In this document: positions 43,722 to 53,532 of the stretch, piece after piece
Layout: each line of letters starts with the position of its first letter
Numbering within the stretch: the first letter of the stretch is position 1
Assembly: GCA_963724465.1 (NCBI GenBank)
Contig: CAVRUT010000013.1
Span: 64,958-128,957 of the forward strand
Reading direction: 5' to 3'
DNA: 64,000 bases
From: an uncultured Acidobacteriota bacterium
GTDB taxonomy: Bacteria > Acidobacteriota > Thermoanaerobaculia > UBA5066 > Gp7-AA6
The notes under the pieces: model-generated
The model's input: only the letters and a program-made list of their open reading frames with translations
Databases searched by the model: none
Told to the model about the DNA's origin: nothing
Program-made: the position numbers and the translations under genes

Positions 43722-43945
43722 ATGCCGGATCCCGTACAGCCCCCCTGGCGCACGATCCTCGTCGCCATAGGCGTCGCGTTTCTCGCGCTCGGCCTCGCGT
43801 GGCCCGTGCGTGTCGCGCTTGCTGGGCAGGCTTCCCGGCGACATCGTGGTCCGCCGCGAGAGGCTGGACCTTCGCCTTTCCGATCGTGACCTGCCTGCTG
43901 CTCTCGCTCCTGCTTTCGCTTCTGTTCTGGCTGTTCCGGCGCTGA
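43722..43945 (+). CDS. DUF2905 family small membrane protein; 2 frame breaks
   Basis: RTILVAIGVAFLALGLAWP (43206..43889 frame), LLGRLPGDIVVRRE (43810..44085 frame) and GWTFAFPIVTCLLLSLLLSLLFWLF (43010..43945 frame) together match the DUF2905 pattern as I remember it. Confidence 0.5.
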
Positions 43946-43948
43946 GGG

Positions 43949-45004
43949 TCAGTCCCCGTCGGGTCCGTCGGGCGCCACGCCCTCGGGGACCAGCACGATC
44001 TTGCCGTGCTGCTCGCCCGACTCCATGCGGGCGTAGGCGGCCGCGGCCTCGGACAGGGGGAACACTCGATCGACGCGGGGCTTGAGTCTGCGCGCCGCCA
44101 CCGCGGCGTAGAGCGCTCGGAACTCCCGGTCGTTCGACATCGTGGAGCCCAGGATCGAAAGGTGCTTCCAGTAGATGAGGCGGATCTCCTCCTTGGGGTT
44201 GGGCCCGGACGTCGCGCCGCAGGTCACGATGCGGCCGGCCTTGGCGCAGGCCTTCAGGGACGTCATCCAGGTCGCCTCGCCGACCGTATCCACGACGACG
44301 TCCACGCCGCGCTTGTCGGTGTGCCGCCGGACCGCCTGGGCGACATCCTCGGACTTGTAGTCGATCACGAACTCGGCGCCGTCCTCCCGGGCGCGGCGCG
44401 CCTTTTCTTCACCCGACGTGGTCGCCAGCACGCGGGCGCCGCACAACACGGCGATCTCCAGGGCCGCGGCCCCCACCCCGCCGCCGGCACCGTGGATCAA
44501 CACGGACTCTCCCGCCCTCACGGCCGCGCGGCCGACGATCATGCGCCAGGCCGTCTGGTAGGCGAGCGGAAAGGCCGCGGCCTCCGCGAAGCCGAAACCT
44601 GCCGGAACGGGGAAGAAGTTGCGCCGCGGGAGCACGATTTTCTCCGCGAAAGTGCCCGGGGCGTGCTCGCCGACGATCCCGTACGACACGCAGAGGCTCT
44701 GCTCCCCCGCCCGGCAGAACTCGCACGCGTTGCAGTAGAGCCCGGGCTGCACGAGCACGGGGTCCCCGACGGCCAGGTCCTCGACGCCTTCGCCCACGGC
44801 GTCCACGACGCCCGCGCCGTCCGCGCCCGGGATCTGCGGCAGCGGCACGCCAGGAATCCCGTTGCGCACGAAGATGTCGAGGTGGTTCATCGCGGCCGCG
44901 CGGATCGCGACGCGCGCCTCGCCCCGCCCGGGCGAGGGATCGGGCCGGTCGCCGTACTGCAGCACTTCGTTGCCGCCGTGCCGGGTGAAGAAGATGGCTT
45001 TCAT
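43949..45004 (-). CDS. NADPH:quinone oxidoreductase / zinc-binding dehydrogenase family
   Basis: 351 aa MDR fold, VAIRAAAMNHLD, VLIHGAGGGVGAAALEIA, ...GKIVLVP. Confidence 0.8.
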   Translation of the reverse strand: MKAIFFTRHGGNEVLQYGDRPDPSPGRGEARVAIRAAAMNHLDIFVRNGIPGVPLPQIPGADGAGVVDAVGEGVEDLAVGDPVLVQPGLYCNACEFCRAGEQSLCVSYGIVGEHAPGTFAEKIVLPRRNFFPVPAGFGFAEAAAFPLAYQTAWRMIVGRAAVRAGESVLIHGAGGGVGAAALEIAVLCGARVLATTSGEEKARRAREDGAEFVIDYKSEDVAQAVRRHTDKRGVDVVVDTVGEATWMTSLKACAKAGRIVTCGATSGPNPKEEIRLIYWKHLSILGSTMSNDREFRALYAAVAARRLKPRVDRVFPLSEAAAAYARMESGEQHGKIVLVPEGVAPDGPDGD

Positions 45005-45013
45005 CGAAACCTC

Positions 45014-45041
45014 GGGGTTCGAATTTCGAATTTCGAAATTA
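45014..45041 (-). repeat. AT-rich heptad array between upstream stop and quinone oxidoreductase start
   Basis: + strand GGGGTTC GAATTTC GAATTTC GAAATTA. In transcript sense UGA-UAAUUUCG AAAUUCG AAAUUCG AACCCCG, then GAGG SD and AUG 45004. TTCGAA cores are palindromic. Confidence 0.8.
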
Positions 45042-46637
45042 TCACTTCAGGTACCCCAGCGATCTCAACTTTTCCAGGTACTCCCGGTCGCTCTCCGGCG
45101 CGGGGGCGGCCGGAGCGGCGACGCGGGGACCGTAGGTGGCCACGGTCGACCCTTCGAGCGATCCCGGAGCAAAGAGCGCAGCCACAGGTCTCCCCTCGAG
45201 GTCCCGCGCCGGCGGGACGCCGGCCCTCGAGAGGATCGAGGGCGCCGCGTCCTCGGGACGGATGCGGACGGTGCGCCCCGCCGCGGCCCCGTCGAAAACG
45301 ACCATGCGGCCCAGCGACCCGGCCGCGGTCGGGTGGCTGTCGGCGGCGAGCACGACGAGGACGCAGTCGCCCCGCGCGGCGCGGCCGATCCAGTCCGCGA
45401 GCAGCGCTTCGGCCGCGGCCACCGCGCCCCGCCTCGCGCCCGGGTCGTCGCGCGCGATGTCGCAGCCGGGCAGATAGACCGTCGCGAGCCCGTAGCCCTT
45501 TCGCACGTCTGCGTCGAAGATGCCGATCGCGACGCGGTCCGCGTCCCCGCCATCAAGCGCACGCCCGAGGACGGCGCGGTTCTCGACGACGGTCGCGCCG
45601 GGCCAGGGAGCCGCCGCCCACCAGCCCACGGAGAGGCTGGGAATGCCGGCCGAAGCCGATACCTCCCAGAAGTCGAGGCGGCGGCGGTCCGCGCCCGAAA
45701 CCGGGGCGTTGGCCACGAGCCGGAGCGCCGGCCCCACGCGGCGCAGGTACCAGGACGTCCCAAAGGGGGGCCGAAATGCGAAGGCCGCTCCCAGGGGACG
45801 GACGCGGGCCAGCGCCCGCACCCCGTGTTCACGCGGCGACGCGCCGGTCGCCAGGTCGGTCCACACCTCCGGCGGAGACCGGCGCTCGGCCGGCCACCAG
45901 CCGGTCGCGCCACCGGAGAGCAGCCGGGCCGCCTCCGCGGGCCTGCCCGCCCCGTCGAGGTCGAGGCCGTCCACCGCGAGAACGACGATCGGCAGCTTGC
46001 GCGGGGACGGCTGCGGGGCCTCGGCCGGCGGCGGCTCGCGCCGCGACGAGAAGAGCAGAATCGCCGCCACGAGTCCCGCCGCCGCCGCAGCCGCGAAGAC
46101 CCGGCGCGCCGCCCGCCCGGGCAGCGAGCCCGAATGCGCGAAGGCGCGCGCGAGAAAGCCGAGCCGGACCGCGGCCGCGAGAAAGAGCGCGGCGGCCGCC
46201 ACCGGAACGCCCCAGGCAAGCGAGCGCAGCGAGAACTCCCGCGCGAGCCCGTACGTTCCGCCAATCCAGAGCGCGAAGACCGCGGCGGCCGCGACGAGCC
46301 CCGCCGCGGTCGCCGCCAGGCCGGGCCGGCCGGAGCGGTCCGCCAGCCACGCGAGCGGGAGGGCGAAGAGCGCGGCCGCCGCGAGATCGGCGAGGAACAG
46401 GTGGACGAAGAGCGCCGCCACCGAGGCGGGCGAGCCGCCGAAGCCGGGCTCCGACGCCTCGACGGCGGCGACGGCCGCGAGGGCCGCGGCCAGTGCGCCG
46501 ATCAGAACGGCCGGGAGAAACGCCCCGCCCCGGCCCTCGAAGACCGGCCGGAAGAGCAGGCGCTCGACGCCCCCGTCGAGGTAGCCGAGCTCCTTCAGGC
46601 GCGCGCGCGCCTCCTCGAGCGTGGGCCGGGGCGTCAC
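45042..46637 (-). CDS. alkaline phosphatase / nucleotide pyrophosphatase superfamily membrane protein
   Basis: About 5 N-terminal TM helices, then PIVVLAVDGLDLD...PPEVWTDLATGASPREHG (AP-superfamily metal/nucleophile region). LGYL motif at both termini (LKELGYLD, LRSLGYLK). GTG 46637 overlaps the stop of the upstream synthase. Confidence 0.65.
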   Translation of the reverse strand: MTPRPTLEEARARLKELGYLDGGVERLLFRPVFEGRGGAFLPAVLIGALAAALAAVAAVEASEPGFGGSPASVAALFVHLFLADLAAAALFALPLAWLADRSGRPGLAATAAGLVAAAAVFALWIGGTYGLAREFSLRSLAWGVPVAAAALFLAAAVRLGFLARAFAHSGSLPGRAARRVFAAAAAAGLVAAILLFSSRREPPPAEAPQPSPRKLPIVVLAVDGLDLDGAGRPAEAARLLSGGATGWWPAERRSPPEVWTDLATGASPREHGVRALARVRPLGAAFAFRPPFGTSWYLRRVGPALRLVANAPVSGADRRRLDFWEVSASAGIPSLSVGWWAAAPWPGATVVENRAVLGRALDGGDADRVAIGIFDADVRKGYGLATVYLPGCDIARDDPGARRGAVAAAEALLADWIGRAARGDCVLVVLAADSHPTAAGSLGRMVVFDGAAAGRTVRIRPEDAAPSILSRAGVPPARDLEGRPVAALFAPGSLEGSTVATYGPRVAAPAAPAPESDREYLEKLRSLGYLK

Positions 46638-47520
46638 GAGCGTCGGTCCCGAACGACCCGCGCGAGATCGGCGAGGACCGCGGCGCGCCGGCCGAGCGGC
46701 CCGAGCGCCGCGAGCGCCGCCTCGAGCAGCTCGTCGACGAGGCGGTGCGCCGACGCCGCGCCCAGGACCGTCGCGAAATTGGCCCGGTGGGCGTCGCGCC
46801 CGGTGTCCTTGCCCATCCGCTTCGGGTCCCCCTCGAGGTCGAGCAGGTCGTCGGTGATCTGGAAGGCCAGGCCGAGGTTGCGCGCGTAGAGCGTCAGCGC
46901 GGAGAGGGGCTTCTCCCCGGCGCCGCCCGCGATCGCGCCGCCGCGGACCGCGGCCACGAAGAGGGCGCCGGTCTTCCTGGCATGAATCGCCTCGAGGTCG
47001 TCGAGGGCGACGGCCGGCGGGATCGGCCGCCAGGTCCGCGGCCTGGCCGGCGCAGCAGCCCTCGGCGCCGACGGCGGCCGCGAGCTCCCGGACGACGCGG
47101 GCGCGGGCGGCCGGCGTCATCCCCGGCGCCGCGGCGACGATCTCGAAGGCGCGAGCGAGCAGCGCGACGGCCGCGAGCTCCGCCGTCGCGACCCCGTGCA
47201 CGCGGTGGAGCGCCGGCCGGCCGCGGCGCCGTCGCGCGTCGTCCATCGAGGGAAGGTCGTCGAGCACGAGGGAGGCGGCGTGGACGAACTCGACCGCCAC
47301 GGCCACCGCGAGAGCCGCCTCCTCGGGGGCCCGGGCGATCTCTCCGGCGGCCAGCGCGGCGAGCGGGCGCAGGCGTTTGCCCGGGGATAGCGCGGCCTCG
47401 TCGATCGCGCGCGACAGCGCCTCCGCCCGGGACGCGGGAGGCGGCAGGCTCGCGCGACAGCGCCTCCTCGAGGGTGGGGCGGGCGCGACGCCGCGAACCG
47501 GTCGAACGCGCCGCCGCCCG
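46634..47520 (-). CDS. second polyprenyl diphosphate synthase (GGPP synthase-like); at least 3 frame breaks, 5' end uncertain
   Basis: SPGKRLRPL...VEFVHAASLVLDDLPSMDDARRRRG (frame of 45042..47306) and LAFQITDDLLDLEGDPKRMGKDTGRD (46634..46957). Shifts near ~47025, ~47440 and possibly ~47475. Confidence 0.65.
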
Positions 47521-47546
47521 CGACGGAGCCCGTCAGGACCGAAGCC

Positions 47547-47888
47547 CTAGCCGCGGAAGCTCGCCAGCGCCTCCGACTCCGATTCGTAGACGTCGAAGAC
47601 GGTGATGAGCTGGGTGACGGTGAGCACGTCGTTGATCTTCGGCGGAAGGTGCAGGAGCTTCAGCTTCCCGCCCTTGTTCGTCACCGACGTGTAGCAGCCG
47701 ACGAGCTCGCCGATGCCGGACGAGTCGATCGTCGTCACGTCGTGCATGTCGACCAGGATGTTCTTCTTTCCGGAGTCGACCAGCTTGTTGATCGTCTCGC
47801 GCAACTGCACGTCCCCCGAACCGATCGTGATCTTGCCCTTGAGCTCGACGACCTGCACGCCGCCGGCATCACGCACGCTCGTTTTCAT
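47547..47888 (-). CDS. STAS-domain anti-sigma-factor antagonist (SpoIIAA/RsbV-like)
   Basis: 113 aa, ILVDMHDVTTIDSSGIGELVG with the conserved phosphorylatable Ser context (DSSG). Confidence 0.85.
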   Translation of the reverse strand: MKTSVRDAGGVQVVELKGKITIGSGDVQLRETINKLVDSGKKNILVDMHDVTTIDSSGIGELVGCYTSVTNKGGKLKLLHLPPKINDVLTVTQLITVFDVYESESEALASFRG

Positions 47889-48352
47889 GCTGGGTTCTCC
47901 TCCTTCTCGTTGACCGCACCCAAATTCTTCTTCAAAACGATTTCCATGCCTCCGCTCGCGTGGCGCCGGAAGCGGACGTCATCCATGAAGGTCTTCATGT
48001 AGAAGATGCCGCGGCCCGAGGTCTTCAGCCGGTTCTCGGGCGCCAGGGGATCGGCGACCTCTTCCGGGTCGAAGCCCGGGCCCTCGTCGCGGATCGAGAT
48101 CGCGAGGGTGTCGCCGACGATGTCCATCTCGAGGTGCACGTGCTTGGAGAGGTCCTGCTGGTTGCCGTGCTTGATCGCGTTGGCCAGGGCCTCGCGCAGC
48201 GCCATCAGGATCCAGTGGCGCAGCTCCTCCGGCACGTCGCGCCCCTCCAGCAGCTTGGCGCAGAGGTGCTGCACCATCTCGATGTTCTCGAAACGGCTGG
48301 AGAGGGACATCCGGATCGGGCCGGCTTTGCTGGACGGTCGCAATGCGCTCAT
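47885..48352 (-). CDS. anti-sigma regulatory factor, HATPase_c Ser/Thr kinase (SpoIIAB/RsbW-like)
   Basis: REALANAIKHGN (N box), IRDEGPGFDP (G1), SGRGIFYM (G2). ATGA overlap with the STAS gene. The start may be ATG ~48310. Confidence 0.75.
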   Translation of the reverse strand: MSALRPSSKAGPIRMSLSSRFENIEMVQHLCAKLLEGRDVPEELRHWILMALREALANAIKHGNQQDLSKHVHLEMDIVGDTLAISIRDEGPGFDPEEVADPLAPENRLKTSGRGIFYMKTFMDDVRFRRHASGGMEIVLKKNLGAVNEKEENPA

Positions 48353-48435
48353 TCACGGACTTCTGGAGTCCGGCGGATCTTAGTCCAAAGGCCCGCCGGA
48401 AAGGAAGGCGCGATTTCGGCGTGCTACCCTCGGCC

Positions 48436-49629
48436 ATGGCTCCAAAACGCCTCGCCGGCGCGGTCCTTTTCGCCTTCGGGGCGGCCCTCCTGTCGGCGGC
48501 GACGGACCTGCTCCCCCAGCGCATCTCCGAGGTCTCCCGACAGGTCGAGGAGGTCCGGGGCAGAAAGTTCGAGCGGCCCGTCCCGGCCGCCCGAGATCGA
48601 CCAGGCCGAGGCACGCAAGGTCCTGCGCTCCAAGATCGTCGAGGCGCTGCCCGCCACCGCCGAGGAATACCTCCGGTCCCTCTCGGTCCTCGGCCTCATC
48701 GACGACGGCCCCCGCCTTCTCGACCGGCTGGTCGACTTCTACGCCTCGCAGGTCGTCGCCTTCTACGACCCCGAGCCGCGGCGCTTCTTCGTCGTGCAGG
48801 GCGCCGAGGAGCTCGTCGCCGATTCGGCCGACGATGGCCGGCCTCGCCGAGGGCCTCATCTACTCGCACGAGCTGACGCACGCCCTGCAGGACGAGGCCC
48901 TCAAGCTCGACAGCCGCATCAAAGCGCTCAAGGACGACAGCGACCGGGGCTTCGCTCTGCAGTGCCTGCTCGAAGGGGAAGCCACTCTCGTCATGATCCG
49001 CGTCGCCCTGAAGGACATCCCCGGCGCCGACGCCCGGGCCGAGGAGGAGCTTGCGCCGCTGCTGACGGCCGGCGGTCTCGAGCGCGCCAACGTTCCGAAG
49101 GACGTCCCCGCGTACTTCGTGGACCAGCTCTTCTTCCCTTACGTCGAAGGCACGGCATACGTGCGCGCGGCGTTCAAGAAGGGCGGCTGGCCCGAGATCG
49201 ACCGCCTCTGGAAGAACCCGCCCGAGTCGAGCGCCGAGATCCTCCACGGCGCACCCTACCCGCCTCCGGTGGAAGGGCTCCTGCCCTCCAACGTCGCGAC
49301 GCTGCTCGCGGGGCAGCGGCTGATCTACATGGACACGCTCGGCGAGTGGACGCTGCGCTTCCTGCTCGGGCGCGCCCTTCCGGAGGACGAGGCCGAGAGG
49401 GCGGCCGCGGGCTGGCGCGGCGACCGGATCGTCTTCTTTTGCGGCGGGGGGGCGCATCGGCTACCTCTGGCGCATCCGCTTCGACGACGGCCTCTCGGCC
49501 GCGCGCTTCGAGGCGGCGCTGCGCAGGGCGCGCACCGCGCGCCCGCTCCCCTCCCCGGAGACGATCCAGAAGAACGGCAAGGACGTCGTCGTGGCGGCCG
49601 GCCTTTCGAAGGTCCCGGATCTGCCGTAG
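48436..49629 (+). CDS. putative exported HExxH zinc metallopeptidase (family not recognised); 3 frame breaks
   Basis: Signal-like MAPKRLAGAVLFAFGAALLSA (48343.. frame), IDQAEARKVLRSKIV...FYDPEPRRFFVV (47960.. frame), GLIYSHELTHALQDE...LLEGEATLV (48834.. frame). The tail ends at TAG 49627..49629. Confidence 0.55.
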
Positions 49630-49646
49630 ACGCGGGCGCCGCCGGA

Positions 49647-50450
49647 TTACCCGGCCTGGAGCTGGTGCAGATACCAGGGGATCACGAGGAACATCTGGAT
49701 CGCGTCGAAGACACCGTGCGCCGCGATGCAGGGCAAGACGTTTCGATACCGCGCGAAGGTGACCGAGAGCACCGTCGAGATCACGAGGATACCGACGAGC
49801 ATGAGGGGCTGGCCGTAGGCGCCGTGGGCCGCGGTGAACATGAGCGTCGCCGCGACCGGGCCGACGCGCGTCTGCAGGAAGGAGCGGAAGAAGAGCTCCT
49901 CGACCACCATGGCCGAGACCACGATCAGGAGCTTCACCCAGAGGGGCCGCGAGACGAGCCACACGATCGTCGGCGAGACGCCGCGCCCGCCCGACTCGGC
50001 GCGGAAGCGGTGGGACACCAGATACCAGATCCCGAGAAGGACAATGGCGGTCACGATCGTCAAGAGCCATCCCGCGACCCCGATCAGGGCGCCGCGCGAG
50101 AGGTCGGCACCGGGGTGGTCGCTCCTCACCCGGAGAAACTCGGCGACCGACCGCCGCCCGGAGAGGGCGTAGTAGCAGGCGAGGAAGAAGAGCAGCATGC
50201 CGTGCACGGCGAACACCGAGACGAGCGACAGCTCCTTGGTCTCGGGCTGCGAGCCCGCGAGGCCGCCCGCGAAGGGGATGGCCACGGTCAGCAGCAGCAC
50301 CCCCGCGAGCAGCCCCATGGCGATCGCCCGGCGGCCCGGCTCCTCGAAGCCGTCCTCCGCGAAGACGGCGCGCGAGCGCGCCTGCGCGAACGACAGCATC
50401 ATGCCTAGGCTACCCGCCACGACGAGCAGGACGAACGTCACGGAGCTCAT
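49647..50450 (-). CDS. CPBP family intramembrane glutamic endopeptidase
   Basis: Polytopic membrane protein with VVEELFFRSF and FTAAHG...AAHGVFDA motifs (CAAX protease/bacteriocin-processing family). Confidence 0.75.
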   Translation of the reverse strand: MSSVTFVLLVVAGSLGMMLSFAQARSRAVFAEDGFEEPGRRAIAMGLLAGVLLLTVAIPFAGGLAGSQPETKELSLVSVFAVHGMLLFFLACYYALSGRRSVAEFLRVRSDHPGADLSRGALIGVAGWLLTIVTAIVLLGIWYLVSHRFRAESGGRGVSPTIVWLVSRPLWVKLLIVVSAMVVEELFFRSFLQTRVGPVAATLMFTAAHGAYGQPLMLVGILVISTVLSVTFARYRNVLPCIAAHGVFDAIQMFLVIPWYLHQLQAG

Positions 50451-50538
50451 GGGTGCGTTCGGGGCAAACGGCGCAGGTTAACTCAGGTCCCTGAAGCCGA
50501 CAAGGTCGCGTTCGGTTCGCCCCGCCCAATCGGCTAGG

Positions 50539-51486
50539 ATGTCCCCGCAAATGGCGGCCGGCGCGCTCCCCCTCGAGGTCGGAAACCTGTCGAAGTCGTT
50601 CGGCGAGCGCCGGGCGCTCGACGGAGTCTCGCTCGAGCTCGACTCCGGCGAGATCCTCGGCCTGCTCGGGCCCAACGGCGCCGGCAAGACGACGCTCGTC
50701 CGCAGCGTCGCCGGGCGCGTGGTCCCCGATGGGGGGACCCTCCGCATCCTCGGCTTCGACGCCGGCGACGACCGCGCCCGGACCGTCCGCGGCTGGGTGC
50801 CGCAGGAAATCGCCCTGTACCCGCTGCTCTCCCCGAGGGAAAACCTCTGGACGTTCGGGCGCTACCAGGGGCTCCAGGGGAAGGCCCTGGAGGCGGGCAT
50901 CCACTCGAGTCTCGAATGGGCCGGACTGGCCGACCGAGCGAACGACAAGACCGACCGGCTCTCGGGCGGTATGAAGCGGCGCCTGAACATCGCAGCGGGC
51001 ACGATCCACGGGCCGAAAGTGCTCCTGCTCGACGAGCCGACCGTGGGAGTGGACCCCCAGTCGCGGGAGCGGATCTACGCCATGATCGGGGAGCTCAAGT
51101 CGCAGGGCGTTTCGCTGCTCTACACGACCCACTACATGGAGGAAGCGGAGCGGCTCTGCGACCGCATCGCGATCATCGACCACGGAAAGATCATCGCGTC
51201 CGGCACGAAGGACGAGCTCGTCCGCAAGACGCTCGGCAACCGCCAGGCGCTGACGATCGACGCGGTCTCGCCCATTCCGGCGGCTCTCAAGGAGAAGCTC
51301 GTCCGGCGCTCGGCGGCGGTGGACGACATGAAAGTGCAGATGTCCGTGGAGGACCCGGCCGGAGAGATCCGCCAGCTGCTCGAGCTCTTCCACTCGGCGC
51401 AGGTCCCCGTGCGCGATCTCACCTTGAAGAGCGCCACGCTCGAGCAGGTTTTCCTCCAGCTGACGGGGCGGGAGCTGCGGGAATGA
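50539..51486 (+). CDS. ABC transporter ATP-binding protein
   Basis: Walker A GPNGAGKTT, signature LSGGMKRRL, Walker B LLLDEPTVGVD. Confidence 0.9.
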   Translation: MSPQMAAGALPLEVGNLSKSFGERRALDGVSLELDSGEILGLLGPNGAGKTTLVRSVAGRVVPDGGTLRILGFDAGDDRARTVRGWVPQEIALYPLLSPRENLWTFGRYQGLQGKALEAGIHSSLEWAGLADRANDKTDRLSGGMKRRLNIAAGTIHGPKVLLLDEPTVGVDPQSRERIYAMIGELKSQGVSLLYTTHYMEEAERLCDRIAIIDHGKIIASGTKDELVRKTLGNRQALTIDAVSPIPAALKEKLVRRSAAVDDMKVQMSVEDPAGEIRQLLELFHSAQVPVRDLTLKSATLEQVFLQLTGRELRE

Positions 51487-52772
51487 GCATGATCCTCGCC
51501 GTCGCGAAGAACCGGCTGATGAACCTCAAGCGCGATCGGGCCGCCTTCGTGCTCGCCTTCGTCCTGCCGGTCGCGTTCTTTTCCATCTTCGCCGCCATCT
51601 TTTCGGGCTCCGGTCGGTCGGCGACGCGCAAGGTCTCGGTCATCGTCGTGGACGAAGACGGCAGCACCGGATCGCGCCGATTCGTCGAGGGGCTGAAGGC
51701 CGAAAACGGGCTTTCGGTGGAATTGAAACCCGAGGATTACGCCGGGGCGCCGCTCTACACCGCGGCCACTGCGGAGACGGCCGTGCGCAAGGGCGAGGTC
51801 CCGGTGGCGCTCATCATTCCTAAGGGATTCGGCGAGAACCCGATCGCCTTCGGCCCGGGTACCGAGCGCGCCACCCTCTCCATTCTGGCCGACAGTGCGG
51901 ACCCGGTGGCGCCGCAGGTCGTCAACGGCCTCGTCCAGAAGGTCGCGATGATCTCGATGCCCGCCGCCCTCGCACGCACCGGCATGGCGGAGGTCGACAA
52001 GTGGAGCGGAGGCCTGACGCCGGACCAAAAAGCCCGGATGGAGCAGAGCATCGAGGCGATCGAGAAGCCGCCGGCCGAGGCAGCCTCGTCCGCCCCGACC
52101 CGGGCGAGCGGCTCGAGAGAAGGCCTCGTCTCCGTCAAGACGCGCGACATCGTCGGCGAAGCCAAGAGGAACCCCACCGTGACCTTCTACGCCGCCGGCC
52201 TCGGCGTCATGTTCCTGCTCTTCTCGGCCACCGGCGCGGGAGGGGCGCTCATCGAAGAAGCCGAGAGCGGCACGCTCGACCGCATCCTGGCGACGCGCGT
52301 CTCGATGACCAAGCTCCTGCTCGGCAAGCTCGTCTATCTCGGGGGCGTGGGGGTCGCGCAACTCACGCTGATGTTCGTATGGGGTTCGGTCTTCTTCGGC
52401 CTCGAGCTCTGGAACCACGTCCCCGGGTTCCTGATCATGACGCTCGCGACCGCCCTGGTGTCTTCGGCGTTCGGGCTCATGCTCGCCTCGGTCTGCCGCT
52501 CCCGCATGCAGCTCGTGGCGCTCTCGAACCTCTCGATCCTCCTCATGTCCGCGCTCGGCGGGAGCCTCTTCCCCAGATTCCTGATGTCCGAGAGGATGCA
52601 GAAGATCGGGCTCATCACGTTGAACGCCTGGGCCCTGGACGGCTTTCAGAAGATCTTCTGGCGCGACGAGCCCGTCTGGGCGATCTGGCCCCAGGTGGCG
52701 GTCCTGACCGTCCTCGGTGTGGTCTTCTTCCTCGTCGCCCGCCGGGTCGCGGAGCGGTGGGAGAGCGCCTGA
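51483..52772 (+). CDS. ABC-2 type transporter permease with large extracytoplasmic loop
   Basis: Real part of track ORF 50916..52772, from ATG 51483 (MSMILAVAKNRLMNLKRDRAAF). One N-terminal TM, ~200-aa loop, 5 C-terminal TMs. ATGA overlap with the ATPase stop. Confidence 0.8.
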   Translation: MSMILAVAKNRLMNLKRDRAAFVLAFVLPVAFFSIFAAIFSGSGRSATRKVSVIVVDEDGSTGSRRFVEGLKAENGLSVELKPEDYAGAPLYTAATAETAVRKGEVPVALIIPKGFGENPIAFGPGTERATLSILADSADPVAPQVVNGLVQKVAMISMPAALARTGMAEVDKWSGGLTPDQKARMEQSIEAIEKPPAEAASSAPTRASGSREGLVSVKTRDIVGEAKRNPTVTFYAAGLGVMFLLFSATGAGGALIEEAESGTLDRILATRVSMTKLLLGKLVYLGGVGVAQLTLMFVWGSVFFGLELWNHVPGFLIMTLATALVSSAFGLMLASVCRSRMQLVALSNLSILLMSALGGSLFPRFLMSERMQKIGLITLNAWALDGFQKIFWRDEPVWAIWPQVAVLTVLGVVFFLVARRVAERWESA

Positions 52773-52787
52773 CGAGGCCCAGCTCTT

Positions 52788-53423
52788 CTACTCGTACGCC
52801 CGCTCGTTGACCGTCAGCCGCTCGAGGTAGACGGTCTCGCACGAGTTGGGGCCCTCGTCCTGCCGCGACGTGCTCGTCCCCCAGTGGAAGGCCGGGTTGG
52901 TCACGCCGTCCACGTCCACGAGCCAGCCCTCCAGGCGCACATCGTCGCCCTTCGAGACGCAGGCGATCGCGCGGTGAAGGCGAGCGGTCGCGGGGATGAC
53001 GTGCGTGTTCGCCGCGTGCGAAACGATCGTGCCGCGGTCGAGCGAGCCGTCGCGGCTCCTCCAGAAAAAGAAGCGGGAGCCCTGGCTGTAGGAGATCCTG
53101 CCGGCGAACGGTGGCGACAGGAGCGGCCCCCAGGCGAGCGCCAGGTCCTCGGGGATGAGGGCCCCGGCTGCGCCAAAACGATACGGCTCCTCGCTCACCA
53201 CCCGGGCCGACTCGTCCCAGCGAAATCGCGGCGTGATCCGATACCGCTTACCACCCGCGAAGTGCTCGAACGGCGCGCGGTCCTCGGCGACCTGTCTGGG
53301 CTCTCCGCGCACGTCCGGCCGGGCCGCCGCCCGGTGTTCGAGGAGCCGGAGCTCGAGCGGGTGACGCCCGGCGTAAAGCGCGAGAGCCGCGCCCGTCAGG
53401 ATCGCCGCCGTCCGGGTTTGCAT
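52788..53423 (-). CDS. hypothetical protein with N-terminal membrane anchor
   Basis: C-terminal 211 codons of track ORF 52788..53783 from ATG 53423 (MQTRTAAILTGAALALYAG). Good codon bias. No family recognised. Confidence 0.5.
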   Translation of the reverse strand: MQTRTAAILTGAALALYAGRHPLELRLLEHRAAARPDVRGEPRQVAEDRAPFEHFAGGKRYRITPRFRWDESARVVSEEPYRFGAAGALIPEDLALAWGPLLSPPFAGRISYSQGSRFFFWRSRDGSLDRGTIVSHAANTHVIPATARLHRAIACVSKGDDVRLEGWLVDVDGVTNPAFHWGTSTSRQDEGPNSCETVYLERLTVNERAYE

Positions 53424-53456
53424 GGACGACTCATTGTCGCTCCAATCAGTTCCCTG

Positions 53457-53487
53457 TTGACAACACCGCTCGGCGGCGACGGATAAT
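53457..53487 (+). promoter_or_regulatory. candidate sigma70 promoter of the propeller/amidohydrolase gene
   Basis: Consensus TTGACA (53457..53462), 19-nt spacer, GATAAT (53482..53487). AAGGAG SD before ATG 53533. Confidence 0.4.
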
Positions 53488-53532
53488 CCGCTCCTTTCCC
53501 GGCGCCCGGACGACCCAAACAAGGAGAACGGA

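Noticed and set aside
44006-47605. 1199-aa + strand ORF, the longest in the track
   Set aside because: Extremely Arg/Pro/Gly/Ala-rich with no motif. It runs antisense to three well-supported minus-strand genes (quinone oxidoreductase, AP-family membrane protein, polyprenyl synthase). This is a typical high-GC shadow ORF.
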